Below the pieces are notes generated by a model. The model was not told where the DNA came from, ran no database searches, and saw only the letters and a list, made by a program, of their open reading frames with translations. From contig NIVC01002869.1 in assembly GCA_002269645.1 (NCBI GenBank), positions 62,001 to 126,000 on the forward strand: DNA of 64,000 nucleotides, written 5' to 3'. The translations under genes were made by a program, and so were the position numbers. This DNA comes from Macrostomum lignano (taxonomy: Eukaryota). Shown here in pieces: positions 13,141 through 20,120 of the stretch (positions are counted from its first letter, which is position 1; each line of letters starts with the position of its first letter).

Positions 13141-13160
13141 TGGTGATCTCGCCCAGGCTC
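13141..13160 (+). other. Primer binding site
   Basis: TGGTGATCTCGCCCAGGCTC, 2 nt after the LTR; its reverse complement GAGCCTGGGCGAGATCACCA fits tRNA positions 57-76. Confidence 0.88.
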
Positions 13161-13504
13161 AAGCGCTACCAGGCTAGATCGCTGAAAGTACTTTGACACA
13201 AGTCCTTTGCGCAAATTTTTCTGAACTTTTTACCGAACCGTCATTGTTTGCATAGAGACCCTTTGATTCTTCGTGCACCGTTTTATACTTTTGTTAAATT
13301 TGCGAATATCCTATCTCAATTTCTTTCTTTGGTAAAGGCAACACAGAATTTTTTTTGCCCCCGTGTCCATTTTTCTTTCTTCCTTTAAGTAAATAAGAGC
13401 TTGCACACACACACAACACTTGTTCGCCACTTTGAAAGTCCAATCTGGAAAATCCTTTGGAAATTGATCCAGATCTGGTCCTCTTGCCGTTCCCATTTGA
13501 AAAT

Positions 13505-16500
13505 ATGGCTCGAAGAAACCCTACAGTGCATCGCGATGTCAAGGAAACTGTTGGAATGTATACCATGGATAAAGATTTTAACACCTTCATTGAACACTTC
13601 GACCTTGTAACTCGCGAATACGGACTACAAAATCCAGAAAAGGCACTTCTTCTTCCTCCACTGTTAGAAGGTACTGCTCGAGAAATTTATGGCAAACTAA
13701 ATGCCGCCGCACAGCAAGACTATCATACTTTAGTTACACAACTGAGAGCACAATTCGCCAGATGTGGAACCAATCGATCTGTGCTTCTACACAAACTTCA
13801 TAATCGAAAAATGAGTCCGACGGAATCCTTCCTTACTTTCGTCGATGACGTCCGCAAAATTATTAAAGCGTTGCACCAGCCACCACCACCGAACCCAGGA
13901 GCTCAGCCTATCGGACCAGCAGAACTAGCTGCACGAGAAAGACAACGCCTTGCTGACCAAGAACAAAGCCTAATCCTCCATGTCATTAATAATGCTCAAC
14001 CTTCGCTGCGAGACAGGTTGTTAAGAGAAACCATTGAGACAGAGGAACAATTAATTCGTTGCGGCATGCAATGGGAAGCAAGTGCCCCACTCCTGACTTC
14101 TCGTAGTAGTGATACGACACAATTGGGAGAACAATTGAGCAAACTCATGCAGCAGTACCAAACTTCTGCAATCATGCCACAGCGACAGAGATACGCTCCG
14201 CCACCCACTTGTTACACCTGTGGAAGAATTGGTCATTACGCCAGAGACTGCCGATCACGTGGCAATCCAAGACAATATAATGACAACAGAAGAAAAAATT
14301 GGACTCGTCCTCAAAATCGCAATTGGAACCCACCACAGAATAGACAAGGAAATGCCTTGGTACCTTATCGACAACAAAGAAATCCTCCTCCTCCAAGACA
14401 GCCTACTCAGGTCCGCAGACAATATGCTCAAGCTATTGAACCGGAATACACTCAAGTCATCGAACCAGAGTTTAAGATAGAGGATCTTATGCCGGATTTC
14501 ACAATCAATGTCCTTGAGGAGTTTGAAAAACGAAAAGATAGCACAAGCAGCGAAAGTAGCTGCATGATGGATTCTCTGTTTGAAGAAGATCCACCCATTC
14601 CTACCTCTTCTAAAGCAAGTCCAGTCTCCCGAGAAAACAAAAGACAACAACAAACTATTTCTAAGCAACAAAGCAATCTATTTAAAGTTCCGACGATCGA
14701 CAATCTTTCGGAAACTCACCGAGATGACAATTTCCAGGATCGTAAAGAAATGACAACACTTGAAGAAGACAGAGATCCAGCAACTTCTCAAAACATCTTT
14801 GAAGAAAGCGTTGACATGTTGCAGGTCCTAGTCGACGATATAGACCTGTCAGAAACACCTCCAACACAGGAACCAGACTATGAAAATATTGTCTCCCCTA
14901 GTCCAGTCCACGAAAAATGGAAACATGACAAGGCCACGAACACACAATCTAACCATTCGACAGATGAAAAGTTCGTACAGACGGAGGATGACACATATGT
15001 TTCAATGAACCTAGACTATGAAAGCGAATATGATGAACCGATAACAATAATGGAACCGGTTAACACTCCAACTGATGAGAATACAACTACACATCTTACC
15101 AATATATCAAAATCAACCAACTTTATGCGTCCGATGTTGCAATCGCAGCCACCCACACCATTACCATGTTCTAACAAATGGCACTTTTCGACTCGCCTTA
15201 CTCCTCCGCCGTATCCTGAAGATAGTCATGACGAGATTGAAGACACTCCACCAGTACCAACAAGACGAAAGAAAAAACATCCGCTACTGCAATGCTTCCT
15301 CACGATCTTGATGATGGCAATTGTTCCCACGGTACTGCCGTCTCCATCTCCAATGATCTGTCCCACTGATGGAGACATCCAGCCAGTCATTTACAAGATT
15401 CCTACGGAAATCAAATGCAGTTACTTTAAGACAAACCAAACCAAGCCACTACCACTAACTATTGAAATATACAAAGCAAATACAAAGAAGCATCGACAAA
15501 TGGGAATTGTGTGCTTCCGAGACAAGGATGAAATTGAAAAGGTTTGGCTGGTACAATGGAACCGAATCAGGTATTGGCAAACTTCGATGATGGTATCACA
15601 AGAAGAATGCCTTCGGTGGAATCAAACTCTGTTTTCCGAAGATGGTCAATTAAAACTTCATGAGACGTCCGCCAGCGGAGCACAGCTATTTCGCACAAAA
15701 AATGTAGCCGATGGAAGATATGTCCATTATCATCAATCACGATGGCCTACATACTCAGTCTACAATAGCTACCTCATCCGAAATGTTTTATTCTACCACA
15801 ATCCATTTGACAACATGGAATCCTTACAGCTACCACTCGACCAGTGTCACTACAGCTCTGGATATTGTTCTACCCCTAACTACAACAAAGAAGAAGCTCA
15901 AAATTTACCCCTAGCACCGATTTATTTCCATGACTATCGATACCAAATTGAATATAGATCGGATTCCCGATATGAGGAGCCCAGCCGAACCCGCAAATAT
16001 TTCACTGCATGGGAAGTAAAAACTGAAATTGACTGCAAGCTGCAAAAATATCACACTGTTCAAGGGAAACTGCTATCTAACACCTTCCTTGCCGACTCAG
16101 GAGATTTGGCTCTTACATTTCCAAAGCAACCAAGCTACACACACTTGAAATGTAAAAACAAGGACGAGCAACTAATCCTCTCCGACCAAGAAATACCAAT
16201 CGCGCTTAAGGATATGGATAAGAATGTTTTCCTGAAGGTAGTAAATGGAACCTATCAGAGAAAAGATGTCATAGAACGACATAAGCGAGACCTACCTAAG
16301 CCTTCTCTAGTATCAGCACGCCTCGCTAATATCCAGGATCCACATCAACCTCAGTTCTATGTTCACATTCAACGTCTAAAACGTATCACTAACGACACTA
16401 CATTCCTCCCAGACCTACAAAATCCAGACCACACAAAAACAACAAATAAACACATTGCCACTGCACACGCCGAAACACAAACAACAAACGCACCACCTGT

Positions 16501-16531
16501 CGGTCATACGTACAACCTAAGACCTCGTTAA
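13505..16531 (+). CDS. 1008-aa Gag / spacer / signal peptide / truncated Env-like polyprotein
   Basis: ATG in good context (AAATATGG); Ty3-type capsid pattern (FIEHF...LLEGTAREIY...LRAQF...SPTESF); CYTCGRIGHYARDC at 14210-14251; hydrophobic segment after RRKKKH; Cys-containing ectodomain; RHKR furin site at 16277-16288. Confidence 0.9.
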   Translation: MARRNPTVHRDVKETVGMYTMDKDFNTFIEHFDLVTREYGLQNPEKALLLPPLLEGTAREIYGKLNAAAQQDYHTLVTQLRAQFARCGTNRSVLLHKLHNRKMSPTESFLTFVDDVRKIIKALHQPPPPNPGAQPIGPAELAARERQRLADQEQSLILHVINNAQPSLRDRLLRETIETEEQLIRCGMQWEASAPLLTSRSSDTTQLGEQLSKLMQQYQTSAIMPQRQRYAPPPTCYTCGRIGHYARDCRSRGNPRQYNDNRRKNWTRPQNRNWNPPQNRQGNALVPYRQQRNPPPPRQPTQVRRQYAQAIEPEYTQVIEPEFKIEDLMPDFTINVLEEFEKRKDSTSSESSCMMDSLFEEDPPIPTSSKASPVSRENKRQQQTISKQQSNLFKVPTIDNLSETHRDDNFQDRKEMTTLEEDRDPATSQNIFEESVDMLQVLVDDIDLSETPPTQEPDYENIVSPSPVHEKWKHDKATNTQSNHSTDEKFVQTEDDTYVSMNLDYESEYDEPITIMEPVNTPTDENTTTHLTNISKSTNFMRPMLQSQPPTPLPCSNKWHFSTRLTPPPYPEDSHDEIEDTPPVPTRRKKKHPLLQCFLTILMMAIVPTVLPSPSPMICPTDGDIQPVIYKIPTEIKCSYFKTNQTKPLPLTIEIYKANTKKHRQMGIVCFRDKDEIEKVWLVQWNRIRYWQTSMMVSQEECLRWNQTLFSEDGQLKLHETSASGAQLFRTKNVADGRYVHYHQSRWPTYSVYNSYLIRNVLFYHNPFDNMESLQLPLDQCHYSSGYCSTPNYNKEEAQNLPLAPIYFHDYRYQIEYRSDSRYEEPSRTRKYFTAWEVKTEIDCKLQKYHTVQGKLLSNTFLADSGDLALTFPKQPSYTHLKCKNKDEQLILSDQEIPIALKDMDKNVFLKVVNGTYQRKDVIERHKRDLPKPSLVSARLANIQDPHQPQFYVHIQRLKRITNDTTFLPDLQNPDHTKTTNKHIATAHAETQTTNAPPVGHTYNLRPR

Positions 16532-16662
16532 ATTATTCGCTTCATGTCCCCGTGTAGTGACCGGGATAAAGAATAGCACTACAGCTTCCTCAAGCTTGTC
16601 GTAAGAGGCGACTAAATCCTTGTTTTCCTACAAACGCTCACACAACTACGACAAACACGACA

Positions 16663-17313
16663 ATGGATTGTCCTATCTGTCTCGGAGAATTTTCATGTAA
16701 ACTACCTTGTATATGTGTCAATAGACACCAGGTGTGTGGTTCTTGCTTAAGCCTTGCACATTACAAAAAACCTTTAAAAAATTGCCCTATGTGTCGAGGT
16801 AATCTCCGTCAATGCATGATATGCAACTCCTGGCGCACTGAACAATATTGCTTAAATCAACATTTTATGTGCACACAATGTATTAAGAAGCTTGCTTATC
16901 GCTCCATTTGTCAGTGTCCTATATGCGATGCCACCCCTTTACCTAAAGTTAACAACAAACTTGCATGCATTCAAGCGGACTACAACCTACAGCTTCACCC
17001 ATTCACTTATGCTCTTTTTCCATCACATGCTATAATTATCCGCCTCAGATCATGGCCCATACCACGTGCTGCTCATAAAACACGTAAATACCTCGTTCGC
17101 TATTCCTCTTCCTACGGTTCTAGACTCCGGCAATTATCTCCACAAGAAATTGAACATAAGCTGTTTAAAATTGTTAACGATATGAATTTTCACCCATGCC
17201 CCATCCTCTGTACAGCTCTACCTGCACTCATTCTGCGTAATGAGGACTTGTCTTATATATTACCACCCCAAGAATCATATGACTATAATAGTTCCGCTTC
17301 AGAAATTGATTAA
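16663..17313 (+). CDS. Double RING-HC protein A (216 aa), putative E3 ubiquitin ligase
   Basis: Two C3HC4 arrays with C-x3-H spacing: C3,C6,C18,H22,C25,C28,C41,C44 and C51,C54,C63,H67,C70,C73,C85,C88; strong start context ACAATGG. Confidence 0.88.
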   Translation: MDCPICLGEFSCKLPCICVNRHQVCGSCLSLAHYKKPLKNCPMCRGNLRQCMICNSWRTEQYCLNQHFMCTQCIKKLAYRSICQCPICDATPLPKVNNKLACIQADYNLQLHPFTYALFPSHAIIIRLRSWPIPRAAHKTRKYLVRYSSSYGSRLRQLSPQEIEHKLFKIVNDMNFHPCPILCTALPALILRNEDLSYILPPQESYDYNSSASEID

Positions 17314-17385
17314 AATACCATGCACCCACAGATATTGCAACCATTCTTGCACAGATATTACTTATCAAATTGACCATTTTCAGAC

Positions 17386-17985
17386 ATGGATAGCGACGAG
17401 TGCATTGTTTGTTATGAAGACACTGAACAGTATGTCTACTGTCAGCATGGGCATAAGTTCTGCTATAACTGCTGCACAACGGATAGAATAGACAAATGCC
17501 CGCTATGCCGCGCACCACCTACCCTGTGCCAGGTATGCAATACAACACCGCAACAAAGGATGTGCGCCAACGGACACTGGGTCTGCCGAGATTGTGCTCT
17601 AAAAATTCGCTGCCGCGACTATAAGCATTGCATAACTTGTGCAGCGCCAATATCTAAGGAAATTTACGCCGGAACAACAACATTACCAAAGATCCAACTT
17701 ACAAAGGAGACCATGGACAGTATGACGGCCAAGGAACTAGCAACAGCTATACGAACCTGGCCAATACCATTCAACAAGAGAGACCATTTGGAATATCTTT
17801 TTGACTTGGTACGTCAATATGCGGCGCATCCAATAAATACTACGAGTACAACTGAAGAGATCTACCTGGAATTCCTCAACGCCACCGAATCAACACAATT
17901 TACGCCGATACAGCACTTACTGTGGCCACTCGCGAGATTGACAACCAAAGTAAACGATATACTGAATAATACGCTTTCCTATTAA
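17386..17985 (+). CDS. Double RING-HC protein B (199 aa), paralog of A
   Basis: C6,C9,C19,H23,C26,C29,C38,C41 and C48,C51,C60,H64,C67,C70,C82,C85; shares R[ST]WPIP with protein A. Confidence 0.88.
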   Translation: MDSDECIVCYEDTEQYVYCQHGHKFCYNCCTTDRIDKCPLCRAPPTLCQVCNTTPQQRMCANGHWVCRDCALKIRCRDYKHCITCAAPISKEIYAGTTTLPKIQLTKETMDSMTAKELATAIRTWPIPFNKRDHLEYLFDLVRQYAAHPINTTSTTEEIYLEFLNATESTQFTPIQHLLWPLARLTTKVNDILNNTLSY

Positions 17986-18163
17986 CAATAACAATGCATC
18001 CTGCCAAGCAACACAATAACAATGTGACCTACCTATCTACCTATCCATCTACTATACTACTACTGGTTCAAAATTTCTAATCCTTAAATACATTTTCATG
18101 TTTATTAGAAGATAAAACCCCACTTCACCGCTTTAACTTTAAAATTCGGGACGAATTTTTCGT

Positions 18164-18175
18164 GAAAAGGGGAGA
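18164..18175 (+). other. Polypurine tract, preceded by an 8-bp hairpin
   Basis: GAAAAGGGGAGA, 3 nt before the 3' LTR; AAAATTCG-GGA-CGAATTTT at 18141-18159. Confidence 0.88.
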
Positions 18176-18178
18176 TAT

Positions 18179-19095
18179 TGTAGAGAGTTATTAGACCATA
18201 CCGTAATGCTCTACTTAAAGTAATATTCTAAGGAAGTCAATTTCTTTCAAAATGAGTCATATCTATTTTAGGAATCACGCGCAAACAGAATGATTTAGAA
18301 CCCTACATTGTTTGATCAAGGAACCGGATTTCAACAGCTGTATTTGTTTAACTCCATATATGGTAATGCTCAAACATGCATGACCGCTTAATCAAACATT
18401 TTTGACCTAAGTAAATACCCAATCCCAAACCGGTTTTTCTCCAAAATTTTGCTATAAATATAAGTGAAAATTCAAGTCAAAATTCAGACTCGGAGCGGTC
18501 TCTAAGAAGACACCGAAGAAATAAGAAGACCAATCTCTGAGGGACCATCCCTGTCCAATTGGTAAGCGTTTACCCGATTTAGTTAATTGTTAGTAGCGCT
18601 AATAAAGTGATTGATTGAGTATACGAGAGCAGTTCATTGTCGATACATTTGAGAAAGGCCTCCTTGTTTCCTAGGATATTCCTAGAGGATTTATTGATTT
18701 AATTGAGTTATCCGTTACGTTTCGGACGTAACGAAGAAGCCGCCCTTCAGGAGGACCTATCACAGAAAATTAGAGAATTCAATTGTTCATTAGGGCGCAA
18801 GTTCTATTGTGAATTCCGAGCTCGAGGACCGTTAAGAAGTTCTGATTCGCTCTCGTTTGGTCGACCCACAGATAAAGTTAAGGACACCAAAGAAAAACAG
18901 TGGTTCACCGGAACCGGTCGCCGTAACCGCTCAGCAAGCTTGCTATCCCGACGCGCCACAGAACTCCACCGGCTGCCGACCCCAAGAGGATCCGCTGAAG
19001 TAAGTTATTTGAACTGATAAATACCTAGGCACTTGTTCCCCCGTGTCTAGAAGTGGGAGTTTTTGAGTGACTGATCACCACTCTTAAACTCTTCA
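18179..19095 (+). repeat. 3' LTR (917 bp)
   Basis: Direct repeat of 12222-13138 at an offset of 5957. Confidence 0.97.
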
Positions 19096-19449
19096 CTCGA
19101 TTCCAAGTGCAGTCGCATTAATTTGGGGCTGAATTGGAATCTCGGCTTGGCTCGCTTGTGCAATTAACGGCCTTGAGAGCCAACCCCCCAAGGCGCAGTG
19201 AAGTGTACATGCCTAACGATAATATAAAGTTAGGGCCGCTGTACACTCCTGTGTGAGTGTGTGCCTGCGTACGTATCCGCGCGCTTGTATGCCTGCTCAG
19301 GGGAGTCGGCGGAATGGGCAGCAATGCCTCTCGCCGGTTGTGTGCCTATGTCGCTTAAAGTGCGCCAGGGTGCACACAACCCCCTGCCTCTAATAATAAA
19401 AATAAAAATATAGATAGTGACTACAAACCCCGTGACAGCGGTTATAAAT

Positions 19450-19970
19450 ACCGTGACCTCGAAACTATAGTGGTCACAAATCACGTGAATTTGAAACTAT
19501 AATGATTGAAACTCACGTGACCTTAACTCTAGTAGTTATAAGTCACGTGACCTGAAACTATAGGGATTAAAAATCACGTGACCTGACCACTAAGTGGGTA
19601 AAAATCACGTGACCTATAACTATAGTGGCTATAACTCGCGTGACCTGAACTATAGTGATTAAAAATCACGTGACCTTGAAACGACAGTCGACAGTGCTCA
19701 CAAATCACGTGACTTTGAAACTATAGTAATTGAAACTCACGTGATCATAGAATTCTAGTAGTTATAAATCACGTGGCATTGAACTATAGCGGCTATAAAT
19801 CACGCGACATTGGACTGTAGCGGCTACGAATCACGTGACATTGAACTATAGTGGTTATAAATCACGTGACCTGAAAACTCGTGGGCGATTGAATAATGTG
19901 ACATGAAATTTAAGCGACAAATCCACGCAACCGGAAACTACGTAAATAATAACAAAATCACGTGACCTCT
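19450..19970. repeat. Degenerate 31-32-bp repeat containing TCACGTGA and ACTATAGT palindromes
   Basis: About 14 CACGTG or near-match cores at a regular 31-32-nt spacing. Confidence 0.85.
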
Positions 19971-20120
19971 CAACTGGAGCAATATTAATAACCCTCTTGA
20001 TGTGCGACTCTGCTATTAAGCTACCATACTCGGACTAGCAGATAAAAAACAAACAAAACCAAAACCAAAACAAATTCAGGAAGCGAATGAATTTAGGAAG
20101 CAGGCGCGATTGAGACAGTG

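Larger units (their letters stand above)
12222..19095 (+). mobile_element. Non-autonomous (pol-less) Ty3/Gypsy-type LTR retroelement encoding a Gag-Env-like fusion and two double-RING proteins
   Basis: Two 917-bp TG...CA LTRs, 4-bp TSD CTCG (12218-12221, 19096-19099), PBS, PPT, and Gag with a single CCHC knuckle. No protease, RT, RNase H or integrase motifs in any ORF. Confidence 0.96.
12166..19408 (+). mobile_element. tRNA-derived SINE (about 365 nt; 12166-12221 plus 19100-19408) interrupted by the LTR element
   Basis: 13-bp TSD TATAGATAGTGAC at 12153-12165 and 19409-19421; A-box-like TAGCCTGCGG; B-box-like GGCTCGATTCC reconstructed across the insertion; A-rich tail at 19391-19408; core shared with other copies in the window. 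Confidence 0.85.

Noticed and set aside
13294-14867. Antisense ORFs overlapping gag
   Set aside because: Short, mostly with non-ATG starts and no motifs; expected shadows of a long ORF.
12746-19017. ORFs inside the LTRs (66 aa and 104 aa)
   Set aside because: They start at TTG, have no recognisable domain, and differ in length only because of the single A/G LTR mismatch.
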